Source: Longimicrobiales bacterium | Lineage (GTDB): Bacteria > Gemmatimonadota > Gemmatimonadetes > Longimicrobiales > Gaopeijiaceae | DNA: 64,000 nucleotides | Assembly: GCA_965116905.1 (NCBI GenBank) | Contig: OZ220732.1 | Span: forward strand, 1,856,001-1,920,000 | Direction of reading: 5' to 3' | Shown: one piece after another, positions 9,405 through 19,375 of the stretch | Layout: each line of letters opens with the position of its first letter | Position numbering within the stretch: position 1 is the stretch's first letter | Translations under genes and position numbers: made by a program | The notes under the pieces: model-generated | What the model saw: the letters and a program-made list of their open reading frames with translations, nothing else | The model's database searches: none | Told to the model about the DNA's origin: nothing

Positions 9405-9902
9405 TCACGCTTTGGATTCTTCGACCGGGGACTCGTCGCTAACAATGAGGGCTGGCTTAAGTCTCTTTCGCGCCACCAACAGTCTCGACGCCAGCGCTCT
9501 GATCCACGCGTTCAGCTGTTCCCCGTCGTAAGAACCATCAGGGTGCTTGGCCTCCGGATGGGCCTTCTCGAAGTCCACCAGAAGGCTATGCCACACAAAC
9601 AGCTTCTTCTCACCCAGACCGTCCTTCACATACTGGTTGATGAGTTCGTAGGCTTGATCCACCCGCAAGTTCCTTAGCGCTGCGGCATTCTTCTTCTCCT
9701 GCCAGCGTGCCCGGATGGCTCCGTAGACCACCGGGGACACCAACACGATGGTCCCCAACGACCACAGCGCGAGCCGAGCACCGCACTCGTCAAGTCTCGC
9801 AAGTACGGCGAGCAGGTGGGCCAAATCCCACGGCAACACGAATATCGCCACGATCCAAGCGGCTACCGCGAACATCACCCGGAGTACGTCTCTCTTGCCC
9901 AT
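9405..9902 (-). CDS. Hypothetical membrane protein (2 N-terminal TM)
   Basis: Two hydrophobic helices then a soluble domain; lower GC. Confidence 0.55.
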   Translation of the reverse strand: MGKRDVLRVMFAVAAWIVAIFVLPWDLAHLLAVLARLDECGARLALWSLGTIVLVSPVVYGAIRARWQEKKNAAALRNLRVDQAYELINQYVKDGLGEKKLFVWHSLLVDFEKAHPEAKHPDGSYDGEQLNAWIRALASRLLVARKRLKPALIVSDESPVEESKA

Positions 9903-10288
9903 CTCGCACGCTAACGAACCCGGCGACCCATGTCACCTCTAGAGATGGTGGCAGGTGCGGGCGGCCTTCGCCTAAGCCCACCAGTCGGCGGACTAATCCG
10001 GCGTGAGGGCAGTATGGCGCTGGTCATCGGGATGCGGCGTCCGGGACTATGTGCGACGCCGCGCGCGCGCAATCCACCGGAGCGCGGGTCTTAGGGGGAT
10101 CGAAGGGGCGCAGTCCCTCGCCAGCCCCTCCGGGGCACGCACGGGAGTGTGGCGAGGGGGACGGCCAAGCCACACCAGCGTGGCTCGAGCCAGCCTTGCG
10201 GATGCCCGCAAGACGCTTCAACTGCGCCGGACGGAAGGACCGGGCACCAAGCCGTCGCGGGGCGCTCCTCGGCCTGTTGGACGCCAGC

Positions 10289-10621
10289 CTACTTCACCTC
10301 GCGAGCCAGGATGCGCTCGATTTCCTTCCTCACTTCTCTGATGATCTCGTCTTTGACTTCGTCGCGGCTTCGTTCCAGCGCGATTCGTTCGTACTTGGCT
10401 GGGTTGAACCCCCGAGGCGCATTCAGCGTGTAGCCCTTGCGTTGGAATAGGGCCTCGATCCGCATTTCGCTGTCCGCGTTCTCTTTCTTCACAGCGGTGA
10501 GCGTCTCTGCCTGCACCTTTCTCATCCCGCGCCGGGTCCAGATGCCCCAGGCCAGCACAGTCGTCACGAGGATACCAGTGTAGTGGTCCTGGAGCAGTTG
10601 CGAGAGCCACGACGAGTCCAT
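10289..10621 (-). CDS. Hypothetical protein, single TM plus charged helical tail
   Basis: GILVTTVLAWGIW then coiled-coil-like C-terminus. Confidence 0.5.
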   Translation of the reverse strand: MDSSWLSQLLQDHYTGILVTTVLAWGIWTRRGMRKVQAETLTAVKKENADSEMRIEALFQRKGYTLNAPRGFNPAKYERIALERSRDEVKDEIIREVRKEIERILAREVK

Positions 10622-10718
10622 GCATCCACGTTGACGCTGCCGACGCTCAGAGTCAACGGGGATTCTCCACCGCTGCGAGAAGGTCCGCGAACCATTCGAG
10701 GCGGCCCGATCCAGATCT

Positions 10719-13505
10719 CTATCGCCGCCGCCGTTTCAGCTTCTTGATCCCAACGCCCAGCGGCGCGCGCATTTTCTCGTAGAGCATGAACAGGTACTCG
10801 GCGCGTTCGCGTTCGGAGGCGAAGCGCCGGGTGCGGTAGAGCCGATCCACGGCGCGGTCGAGCGCCCAATGGGCGCGTCGAAGACCGAGCGGCATCAGAT
10901 CAGGATCGTAAAGGTCCGCCAGAGTCGCGTCGGGGTGGGCGGCGCGAGCGTCGAGAACGGCCTGCGCCAGAGTCTCAAGCCTGTCGTTGTTGGCCCAGCG
11001 GGTGGGCGTCGGAAAGGTGTTGTAGACGAGGCCGATGGAGTAGCGGTAGTCGCTCTTCAGCCGTCCGCCGATGTGGCGCAGCCACGCCATGTGCATGGCC
11101 GAGGTGAGAAGCGCGAAGTGTGTGAGCGTGGCGTTCTCCAGAATGCGAACGAGGTTGCTCGGTATCGTCGGCGGCTCCAGCCAGCCGATGGGAACGTAGT
11201 CCCGCCTTTCCGAACTTACCTCGGGGACGACGAGGAAGGGTGCGGTCGGGATGACGTTGACATGATACAGCGTCGGCGTCTCGGCCAGCTTCCGCGTCGG
11301 CGCGCTCCGGCTGGCCTCGCGGTAGGAACGCACCGCTGCGATCCGATCCCGTACGGCTGGCATCCCCGCCAAGACATTGGGCGGGGCATCGTGGAGAGCG
11401 AGGATCCACCTGCCGCCGCCTTGCAGATACTCGCGTGCGCCGATGTAGGGCCGTATGTACGGCTTCGCCGCCGGTTCGCCCGCGACGAACTCGGCGCACT
11501 TCTCCTCTGTGCGGAAGATGTAATGACCACCATCGATTGGTTTGGAGCCGATTCTCAGCTTCGGCAGCCCGTTCACCGGGGCGCTCTCCTCCCGTACCGC
11601 CAAGTGTGGATCGGCGAGTCCTCCAGCATCGAACAAATAGGGTGAGAGCACGGCGTGCCGGCTTTGCTCGGGGTCGCCGTTGATGTCGGGATAGCTGAAC
11701 AGGCGCTTCCTCCTGGGTACCGCATCGCGGCCATCGAGCCCGACTATGACGACATGCACATGGGCCTTTCCGCGTGCGTCCGATCCCCACGCGAAGGTCC
11801 GGTGGGCGAACGCGATCTCCAGCCCACAGCGGTCGAAGAGGACCGGCCACAGCTGAGCCACCTGCTCGCCCTGGGCGATCGAATTCGTAGCCACGAAGCC
11901 GATCCGGGTACGGGTGCCATTAGCGTACTCTCCGGCCTTGATGAACCACGCGGTCACGTAGTCGAGCGTCCCGCCCGTCCCGCCGAGGGCCGCGATCCCC
12001 CGCACTTGGGCGCGCTGGGCCTTGCTCTGGAACTTCGAGCCCCCAAAGGGCGGGTTCCCGAATACGAAGGAACACTTCTTGGGTGCCAGCAGATCGCCCC
12101 AGTCCATCTCCAGCGCGTCCCCGTGGACGATGTGCGGGGAAGTCTCAAGCGGAATCCGCGTGTACGTCTGTCCGAACTCCAAGCTCAGCCGGTTGTTCAT
12201 GATGTGGTCCATCATCCACATCGCGGTCTCCGCGATGCGGACGGGGAACTCACCGATTTCGATCCCGTAGAACTGGTCCACGTTGACGAGGGACAGTTCC
12301 GACGCCAGCGCGTCCAACTGTCGGTCGCCCTTCCGGTGAAGCTCCTTCAGGACCTCGATCTCAAGTTCCCGCAACTCGCGGTAGGCGATGATGAGGAAGT
12401 TCCCGCACCCGCACGCGGGGTCGAAGAAGGTCATCCGTCCGAGCTTCTCCTGAAACCGGCGGAGGTCGGCCCGGCGGCGGCTGTCCTTTCGGGCTTTCAG
12501 GCGCTCGAACTCGGCGCGAAGATCGTCCAGAAACAGCGGCCCAATCACCTTGAGGATGTTCTTCTCGGTCGTGTAGTGCGCCCCCTGTTTGCGGCGCTCC
12601 ACCGGGTCCATGACCGACTGGAACAGCGCGCCGAATATGGCGGGCGAGATGTTCGACCAGTCGAACCGGCAGGCGTCCAGCAACGCCGTCCGCATCTCCC
12701 GGTTGAACGCAGGGATGCGTAGCGGCTCCTCGAACAACCGGCCATTGACGTAGGGGAAGCGGGCAAAGTCCTCGTCGGTCGTCGTATAGCGCGCCTCCTC
12801 CCGCGTGTCCAAGACCTGGAACAGGTAGGCCAATCGCGATCCCGTATCCGATCCGTCCGCGGCCGTGCGGCTCTCAAGAAGGTCGAAGAAGATGTCGCGC
12901 GGCTCGAAGATGCCCGTGTCGTCGGCGAACAGGCAGAACACGATCCGCACGAGAAAGCGCTCCAGATCGTGGCCACGGTAGCCTGCGGCGTCGAGTGCAT
13001 CGTGCAGCCGCCCGACCAGTTCGGCGGCCTCGATGTTGACGGGGTCCTGATCGCGGAATGTCCGGCGCTGGACGCCGAGAATGAAGCCGAATTCCTCGAC
13101 ATGGCCGGGCAAGTCCGCGAGGGAGAACAAGACGGTCTCCCGTTCGTCCAAATCGTGAAGCTCGAACGTCTGAAAATCGCTGACGAGGATGTACCGCGGG
13201 CGGTCGCGCTCGGGGAGCGCATCGAAATATTCCCCAGCCTGCCCGTACGCCTTCCCTAAATCGCGCCCGGCGCTCTTCTGCTCGACGATCAGGACGCCCG
13301 GCCAGAACAGGTCTATGAAGCCCGACCGGTTGTCGAGCTTGCCGACATGCTCCTCATAGCGTGCCACTGACCGCCGGCGCACGTCGAACACCTCGAAGAA
13401 ATCGTTGTAGAAGCTCTGCGTCTCGCCCTTCTCGTAGGCCGCGTCCCGCCAGTCTTCGGCGAAGGACGCTGCACGGACGCGCACCTCGTTCCACGAGAGG
13501 CGCAT
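10719..13505 (-). CDS. MmeI/YeeA-like type IIL/IIG restriction-modification enzyme (N6-adenine MTase with endonuclease N-terminus)
   Basis: GFIDLFWPGVLIVEQKS, GAHYTTEKNI, FFDPACGCGNF, GNPPF, GGRLKSDYRYS, LADLYDPDLMP. Confidence 0.93.
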   Translation of the reverse strand: MRLSWNEVRVRAASFAEDWRDAAYEKGETQSFYNDFFEVFDVRRRSVARYEEHVGKLDNRSGFIDLFWPGVLIVEQKSAGRDLGKAYGQAGEYFDALPERDRPRYILVSDFQTFELHDLDERETVLFSLADLPGHVEEFGFILGVQRRTFRDQDPVNIEAAELVGRLHDALDAAGYRGHDLERFLVRIVFCLFADDTGIFEPRDIFFDLLESRTAADGSDTGSRLAYLFQVLDTREEARYTTTDEDFARFPYVNGRLFEEPLRIPAFNREMRTALLDACRFDWSNISPAIFGALFQSVMDPVERRKQGAHYTTEKNILKVIGPLFLDDLRAEFERLKARKDSRRRADLRRFQEKLGRMTFFDPACGCGNFLIIAYRELRELEIEVLKELHRKGDRQLDALASELSLVNVDQFYGIEIGEFPVRIAETAMWMMDHIMNNRLSLEFGQTYTRIPLETSPHIVHGDALEMDWGDLLAPKKCSFVFGNPPFGGSKFQSKAQRAQVRGIAALGGTGGTLDYVTAWFIKAGEYANGTRTRIGFVATNSIAQGEQVAQLWPVLFDRCGLEIAFAHRTFAWGSDARGKAHVHVVIVGLDGRDAVPRRKRLFSYPDINGDPEQSRHAVLSPYLFDAGGLADPHLAVREESAPVNGLPKLRIGSKPIDGGHYIFRTEEKCAEFVAGEPAAKPYIRPYIGAREYLQGGGRWILALHDAPPNVLAGMPAVRDRIAAVRSYREASRSAPTRKLAETPTLYHVNVIPTAPFLVVPEVSSERRDYVPIGWLEPPTIPSNLVRILENATLTHFALLTSAMHMAWLRHIGGRLKSDYRYSIGLVYNTFPTPTRWANNDRLETLAQAVLDARAAHPDATLADLYDPDLMPLGLRRAHWALDRAVDRLYRTRRFASERERAEYLFMLYEKMRAPLGVGIKKLKRRRR

Positions 13506-13591
13506 CCGGCTACTCCTCCGTCATCCCGATGACCGAACGCGATAACCCAGAGGCTGCATCGTCAGCAACCAGCCGGATCGCCGGCAATGGG

Positions 13592-13909
13592 TTACCGAGG
13601 GACCGCATCGCGCACCCCGATGTCCTCCCGCCATCCGCGCGCCCTGCGTGCCTGCGCAAGCTCGTAGCTCGCCTGCATCCGCATCCAGTGGTCGGCCGTG
13701 CCCCAACCAAGGTCCTCCAGTGCCAGCGCCATGTTCGCTGACACGCCCGCCTTGCCGTTCAGCAGCCGCGATAGCGTGCCTCGCTCGCAACCCAGGTGGG
13801 CGGCGGTTTCGGTCACGTTCCATCCGACCTCGTCCATGCTCTCCCGGATGAGTTCGCCCAAGTGCGGGGGGTCGAGCATCGCAACGACGCGCTCGCCGCT
13901 TCCGGTCAT
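13592..13909 (-). CDS. higA: HigA antitoxin (XRE HTH)
   Basis: PPHLGELIRE...TLSRLLNGKAGVSANMALAL...WMRMQASYEL; directly downstream of higB. Confidence 0.9.
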   Translation of the reverse strand: MTGSGERVVAMLDPPHLGELIRESMDEVGWNVTETAAHLGCERGTLSRLLNGKAGVSANMALALEDLGWGTADHWMRMQASYELAQARRARGWREDIGVRDAVPR

Positions 13910-13926
13910 GTCCTTCCTCCTTCCGT

Positions 13927-14199
13927 TCAATGGTAATCTACCAGATCCACGTCCACTGCCTCGCCGTCCTCGAAACGGAACACCACGCGCCAGTTCCCAG
14001 AGACACGCACGCTCCATTGGCTTGCCCGGTCCCCTTTCAACGGGTGCAGCCTGAAACCAGGGGCGTCCGCGCTACCGGGACGCGTCGCTTCCTGCAATCG
14101 GAACAGAATGCGCCGAAGCCGGGGAACCAGATTGGCGGGGAGCCGGGATCGGTCACCCCGTTCATGGAGCGCCCGCAGTCCCTTGTGCCGGATCTTCAT
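13927..14199 (-). CDS. higB: HigB toxin (RelE/ParE superfamily)
   Basis: IRHKGLRAL...GFRLHPLKGDR..WSVRVSGNWRVVFRFEDGEAVDVDLVDYH. Confidence 0.92.
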   Translation of the reverse strand: MKIRHKGLRALHERGDRSRLPANLVPRLRRILFRLQEATRPGSADAPGFRLHPLKGDRASQWSVRVSGNWRVVFRFEDGEAVDVDLVDYH

Positions 14200-14413
14200 G
14201 GACCAACTGTAGCGCGTCGCGTTACACGCCGCCAGTTCTTGGTCACCTGGAGTGCCGCACTACGGCGGTGTGGTTCAGACTCGTTCTGAGGCGACCTACA
14301 GCGGGCGGTGTACCCAACGCCTCGGCCCGCTGAACGGGCAGTCGTCGAATACCGTTTCGGATGAGCGTGCCGTCAGTCCCCAGCCCCTACCGTCTGGGTT
14401 GAGGCCGGAGATA

Positions 14414-15670
14414 CTACTCCGTGATGTCCGTGCCTTCAGCCGCGCTGACTACGACTCCGGCGATGGCGTTCAAGAGATCCCTCGGCGATTCGGCCTCACC
14501 CTCGGGCACAGTGAAATGCGGGTCCGACAGAAACTCGGCGATGGCGGCTTGAATCAAAGCCAGGGAAATCCGTCGGCAGAGGTCCTCGTCCGCACGCGCA
14601 TTGCGGGGCACGATCCGCTTTTCCCGCTCACGGCCCGGAAGCGTAACGAAACAGGTGGTAGGCGTCAGCGGTGCGATCAATCGCATGCCGTCCTGTGTTC
14701 CCGTCCGAATCGCAAACGTATCGGGCAGGACAAACACCGGTCGCGCGGAACGAATCATCGCCCAAGGACTCCACATCAGCGGAGACGCAATCTCATGATA
14801 GAATTCGTTGTTTCCGTACAGCGCTTCATAGGCCTTGCGAGGCATCTCCGGATCGCCGCCGTAACCGAGTTCGACAATCACCGGTGCGATGCCTCGGTGA
14901 AGCGCGGCGACGGTGTAGGGGTTCCGCAAGAACTGGATGACAAGGAATCCGACAAGCGCCTCGCATTGCGGTGAGTTGAGGGGCCTCGTCCCGAGAAGCA
15001 TCTCGATTGGACGCTTGGCGTCGCCCTCCAGCAGCCCGAAGTACGCCTCCAGCCGATCGCTGTACAGATCGCGGCGGTAGCCCCACTGGCCGAATCCGCA
15101 CTCCTTCGATGTCCAGCCCTCGGACGTTCGTCGCCACCGCAGGACCTTCCCGTTTGTCGCCCAGTGGTCACGGATCAACCAGCGCGGAATGAAATGGTTC
15201 TTGCCTACCGGCTTCACCGCCAATTTCGCCCGCCGGGGGTTCGCCTCGCGCTCGGCCGCTTTGGCCGACTTCGGCTTCCATCGCTCCTCCAAGCGTTTCG
15301 ACCAGAAGCGCTCATGGATTATCCGCGCCGTAGCGCTAATGGTGTCCGCGCCATCCGGGCCGAGACATTCCTCCTTCTCCTGATCGGGATCAATGGATGA
15401 CAAGTCCCGACCGGCGACCCGCTTCTCGACGACCTTCTCGGCCAGCCAAGGCTGCAGCTGGGCAAGTTCCAACACCATTTCCTCGCGGACGTTCACGTGA
15501 AGTTCGACTCTGTCGGCCCCGTTCAGCGTCAGCATCTCGGTGACGATCCGTTTGACAACTTCGTCCCAGATCGCTGTCAGAACACTGATCGACTGGTGGT
15601 CGACTTCCGGAAACAGCTTCTGGACTGCCGTCCCAGAAACCCAGCCTTTCCTTGTAGGGGGAAGATCCAT
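14414..15670 (-). CDS. DUF4238-like domain protein with N-terminal extension
   Basis: NHFIPRWLI motif, LEAYFGLLEG, FLVIQFLRNP, FVLPD, IAPLTPTTC. Confidence 0.65.
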   Translation of the reverse strand: MDLPPTRKGWVSGTAVQKLFPEVDHQSISVLTAIWDEVVKRIVTEMLTLNGADRVELHVNVREEMVLELAQLQPWLAEKVVEKRVAGRDLSSIDPDQEKEECLGPDGADTISATARIIHERFWSKRLEERWKPKSAKAAEREANPRRAKLAVKPVGKNHFIPRWLIRDHWATNGKVLRWRRTSEGWTSKECGFGQWGYRRDLYSDRLEAYFGLLEGDAKRPIEMLLGTRPLNSPQCEALVGFLVIQFLRNPYTVAALHRGIAPVIVELGYGGDPEMPRKAYEALYGNNEFYHEIASPLMWSPWAMIRSARPVFVLPDTFAIRTGTQDGMRLIAPLTPTTCFVTLPGREREKRIVPRNARADEDLCRRISLALIQAAIAEFLSDPHFTVPEGEAESPRDLLNAIAGVVVSAAEGTDITE

Positions 15671-15893
15671 TCTCAATCCACGGCTGCTGTGACGGTTTGA
15701 GTCCTGCCTGAAGTTGGGTCGCGCGAGAATGGGCGGTTGTGGCCCCTCTGCTCTTTGCGAGCCTCGGCTCGCCGCAAATCTACTGCCCCGAAGAATCGAT
15801 TTGAATCGTTGACCCCATCGATCCGCGACCGGGATGCTCAGATCGAGCGGCTGAGATTAGGCGCGGTGGGTTTCTCTGGACGGTCTCCAGGAG

Positions 15894-15982
15894 TTCCCGC
15901 CATTCCAACCCGCTTTTCCCGCTTTCGCGGCACGGTCCAGGAGGGTCCAGCCGATCGGCAGGAAGCGCAGATCGTGCAGTCC
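15894..15982 (+). mobile_element. End fragment of the integrase element (inverted relative to the 1788-2731 copy)
   Basis: 15965-15982 GCGCAGATCGTGCAGTCC is the exact reverse complement of 2714-2731; TTCCCGC repeats resemble those at 1768-1789. Confidence 0.55.
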
Positions 15983-16303
15983 GATTTGACTTTAGACGGT
16001 TTCCTGCCGTGATTCAGACCTCAGGTGCCTTGCCGGGCTGGCGGAGTGGTTCTGATGTCCGCTTCTTCATACACGACCACGCAGTCTCGGCGCGGGTTGG
16101 GCAAGGTCGCCCCGAGCAAGTCCTTCGTCTTCAGCGCGTCCGACTTCTTGCCAGGAATTGGGCAGACCGCCGAACTTGGGGGCCGTCCATTGGATCGTTG
16201 AGCCTGGCGTCAGCGGTGGCTCAATTGCCTTTGTCACCTGGTCTTGGACACCCCAGCTACTGCAATTCCTATCACCGTCATCACACCTTGGAGACCCTTT
16301 CGG

Positions 16304-17482
16304 ATGAAGCGCCTCTGTTGGACTACCGCCGCCGCCGCGGCGGTTTCTGCCCTCGCCGCCATGTGCGATCCCGCTCGCGCCCAGGCAACACAGATGAGGC
16401 CAGCCACCGAAATCCGCCTCTCTATCGAACCGGTCCTGTCCGTCGGGCGCCTCGATGGGCCGGACGAGTTCCTGTTCGGTGACATAAACGGCGGCGCCCG
16501 GCTCGCCGATGGCAGCGTGGTCTTATCCGACCGGCAGCGCTTCCGGGTTCAGCGATTCAGCGCCGAAGGGGAACTCCTTTGGAGTCGCGGTCGCGAGGGT
16601 GAGGGCCCGGGCGAGTTCGAGTATGTCCGGATCCCGGAAGGGTGCGTCGGCGAGGAGTCGATCATCGTTTACGACATCTGGTCCACGCGGGTCTACGTGT
16701 ACGACAGGGAAGGGAATCTCGTTGACGAGTACCGCTTCCTGTACAACGGATTGCCGCTGCGCGACTTCGTGTGCGCGCCGAACGGGCGCTTCGCGTTCAC
16801 GGGCAACAGTGTCCGTATGGGGGAGGAGGGGGTCGAGCCCGGGGAACTCTTTCGCACACTCCTGTCGCTGGGCTCCGCGGAAATGGACGACACGTCCGGG
16901 ACGACGCTGCGTGAACAGATCCCCGGCCCCGAGCGGACGTACCTGGGCCCGGGCGACGCCATGCCCGGCAGCATCTGGACGCACGACATCGCACTCGCCG
17001 CGACCAACGACGGAGTGTGGCTTGGGACCAGTGACGACTACGAGGTCGAGTTGATCGACTGGACGGGGGCGACAATTCGCCGGATCCGCTGGGAGGGGCC
17101 AGATCTGGCCGTGACCCAGCGAAATGTCGACCAATACCGGGACGCGCTAGAGGCGAGCTACCGCGACGACGATGATCCCGACTGGCGCGCGCGCTTCGAG
17201 AGGCGCTGGGACCGGGAGAGGGAGATCGTTCCCGACGTGTTCCCGGCGTTCCACAGACTCATGGTGGGGGACGATGGTGTGCTGTGGGTTCACGACTACA
17301 TCCGGCCGGGGGAACGGAGCGAGTGGCTTGCCTTTGACCCGGAAGGCAGGTGGTTGCGCACCTTGCTGTTGCCCGCACGCACCTATCTTCTGGACATCGG
17401 ATCCGACTGGGCGCTGGTGCGGACGTGGGACGAACTAGGCGTACAGCGGGTTGAGGTGCGCACGCTGGTGGAGGGGGAATAG
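16304..17482 (+). CDS. Secreted 6-bladed beta-propeller protein
   Basis: Signal peptide (..ARA-Q), GPDEFLFG, GREGEGPGEF, DDGVLWV, FDPEGRW, C-terminal DELGVQRV. Confidence 0.85.
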   Translation: MKRLCWTTAAAAAVSALAAMCDPARAQATQMRPATEIRLSIEPVLSVGRLDGPDEFLFGDINGGARLADGSVVLSDRQRFRVQRFSAEGELLWSRGREGEGPGEFEYVRIPEGCVGEESIIVYDIWSTRVYVYDREGNLVDEYRFLYNGLPLRDFVCAPNGRFAFTGNSVRMGEEGVEPGELFRTLLSLGSAEMDDTSGTTLREQIPGPERTYLGPGDAMPGSIWTHDIALAATNDGVWLGTSDDYEVELIDWTGATIRRIRWEGPDLAVTQRNVDQYRDALEASYRDDDDPDWRARFERRWDREREIVPDVFPAFHRLMVGDDGVLWVHDYIRPGERSEWLAFDPEGRWLRTLLLPARTYLLDIGSDWALVRTWDELGVQRVEVRTLVEGE

Positions 17483-17599
17483 GCCGCCGCCGGGTTCATC
17501 GACGCACCAAACCGCAAGGCCGAAGCCAAGCCCGAGCCGCTCACGCTGGAAAGGCTCTTCGACATCTACGGTGCGGAAGTGACGCCCAGGGAAAAGGGA
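17483..17599 (+). mobile_element. Third integrase fragment (internal)
   Basis: AAAGFIDAPNRKAEAKPEPLTLERLFDIYGAEVTP, homologous to ~2415-2505 on the minus strand; starts immediately after the propeller stop codon. Confidence 0.85.
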
Positions 17600-17714
17600 C
17601 CGGGTGTAGTGCATGCTCTCGTTTCGTTAACAGTTCTCGCGCCGAAAACGTGTCATCGGGACGCTGCGGTGACCCGGCATGAGCCCGCCGCGCGCACCGC
17701 GTCTGTGCACCCAC

Positions 17715-19010
17715 TCACCCCAGGGACTGAAGCCTGCTCTCGATCCACGCCACCATCTCGCCCGGCACGCTTGCCCGGCGGGCATGCCGCCGCCAGTCCC
17801 CCACCTCCGCCGCCACCTGTTCGACGATCTCCCGGCCACCCTTCGGCACGTCGAACATTTCTCCCACTTCGAGCAGATCGCGTCGGCTGATCGCCTGGAA
17901 CTTTCCGTTCACCGACATCTGATGCTGGCGCGTCCACGCGTCGTTTTCGGCATAGGTCACGTCGTACGCGGGGGCGAGGCGCCACCTGCCCGCCGGATTC
18001 ATCAGGAAGCCGAAGTTCTTGACGTGGTCGTCGAAGTTCACGGTGGCCACGGTAAAGACCATGCGCCTGAATGCCTCGTTCACCGAGCGCTGTCCGAGCC
18101 CGATGGCGCGCATGGTGTCGAACCAGCCCTCGTAGCTGAAGACGTACTGGTCGTTGAAGTCGACGTGCTGCAGTCCTCCCAGGCTGTGGAAATGAAAGCG
18201 CCGGAAGGAGCCGGTCGCCTCGTCCGGTGCACGGTCGAAGCGCCGCACCATGAAGTGCGCCCGGTCTCCGTCGCGGAAGAGATGCGTCTCGGGCATCTCG
18301 ATCCCCGCCTCCCTCGCCATGCACGAATAGGCGTATTCGATACGCCCCCACGGTCCCGGCCCCCCGGCGGCAACCATGCCCTGTCCCGCGGCCTCCCTGG
18401 TCACCCCGTCGAACTTGATGAGCCATGGTTCGTCGCCGGACCGCGGCGACGCGAATCCCGAGCGCACCTGGCCGGTCCCGCGGTTCCAGAGAATCAGTGC
18501 CTTCGCCCGCGCGCCCCCCGCACTGCCCCCCACCTGCATGATCTCCGGTACCGCCACCGACACGTCCCCCTCGATCACTCGGCGGGCCTGATCCACGAGT
18601 TCCCTTACCTCAAGGGCCTCTTCGGTACCTGGTCCGGGATCCAGGGGAGGGCGGAACTCCAGTGCGCCCATGGCGCGATCGCCGATGTACAGAAGCCTCT
18701 GCAACGGGGACAGCGCGTCGTCCGGCTGCTCTCGGGCCTCAAAGTACCGGCGGATGACGGCGTTTCCGAACTGGTCCGGCAGCGCATCGGCGAACACGCC
18801 CGGCAGACCGGCGAATGCGGGCTTGCGCGCCAGTTCCGGAAAGGACACCGGGCCTTCGCGGCTGGTGGGAAGGTGGATCGGCGAGATTTCGAGGTCGGAG
18901 GCCCGGAACCGGGGGTCGTATTCGAAGGTGATTCGTCCGTCGGGACCCTCTCGGAGCATCCCGGCCTCACGCCCCCAGATCCAGACGCGAACCCTGACAT
19001 CACCAGTCAC
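17715..19010 (-). CDS. hipA: HipA-family Ser/Thr kinase toxin
   Basis: DALPDQFG, P-loop GGSAGGARAK, WLIKFD, NFDDHVKNFGF, WRLAPAYD; overlaps the antitoxin stop. Confidence 0.92.
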   Translation of the reverse strand: MTGDVRVRVWIWGREAGMLREGPDGRITFEYDPRFRASDLEISPIHLPTSREGPVSFPELARKPAFAGLPGVFADALPDQFGNAVIRRYFEAREQPDDALSPLQRLLYIGDRAMGALEFRPPLDPGPGTEEALEVRELVDQARRVIEGDVSVAVPEIMQVGGSAGGARAKALILWNRGTGQVRSGFASPRSGDEPWLIKFDGVTREAAGQGMVAAGGPGPWGRIEYAYSCMAREAGIEMPETHLFRDGDRAHFMVRRFDRAPDEATGSFRRFHFHSLGGLQHVDFNDQYVFSYEGWFDTMRAIGLGQRSVNEAFRRMVFTVATVNFDDHVKNFGFLMNPAGRWRLAPAYDVTYAENDAWTRQHQMSVNGKFQAISRRDLLEVGEMFDVPKGGREIVEQVAAEVGDWRRHARRASVPGEMVAWIESRLQSLG

Positions 19011-19317
19011 GACTCCGCCTCGACGCACGGCGCCTGATCTTCCCTCTCAGCCTCTCGACATCGTACGGGGACACTTCGGGCACGGGGACAAGCGCCTCGA
19101 ACGCCTGCAGCCGGCCCAGCGCACGCATGATCTGCACCAGGTTCCCGGTTCCGACGCTGTGGCCCGCTTCCAGGCGGTTGATCGTGCGCGGGCTGACTCC
19201 GGCGTCGGCGGCAAGGTCGCTGACCCGGCGATTCTGCTGCAGCCGGAGCGCCTTCAGCCGCGCGCCCACTTCGCGAAGCACATCCGGGGTCCGGCTTGTG
19301 GCGACGATCGCTTTCAT
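19000..19317 (-). CDS. HipB-like XRE HTH antitoxin
   Basis: VGARLKALRLQQN...LAADAGVSPRTINRLEAG; directly upstream of hipA. Confidence 0.85.
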   Translation of the reverse strand: MKAIVATSRTPDVLREVGARLKALRLQQNRRVSDLAADAGVSPRTINRLEAGHSVGTGNLVQIMRALGRLQAFEALVPVPEVSPYDVERLRGKIRRRASRRSRDW

Positions 19318-19375
19318 GGCCCGGCAACCTCCTTCCACGACAAAGGTAACCGGGGAGGTGCGGGAATGTCTATAG

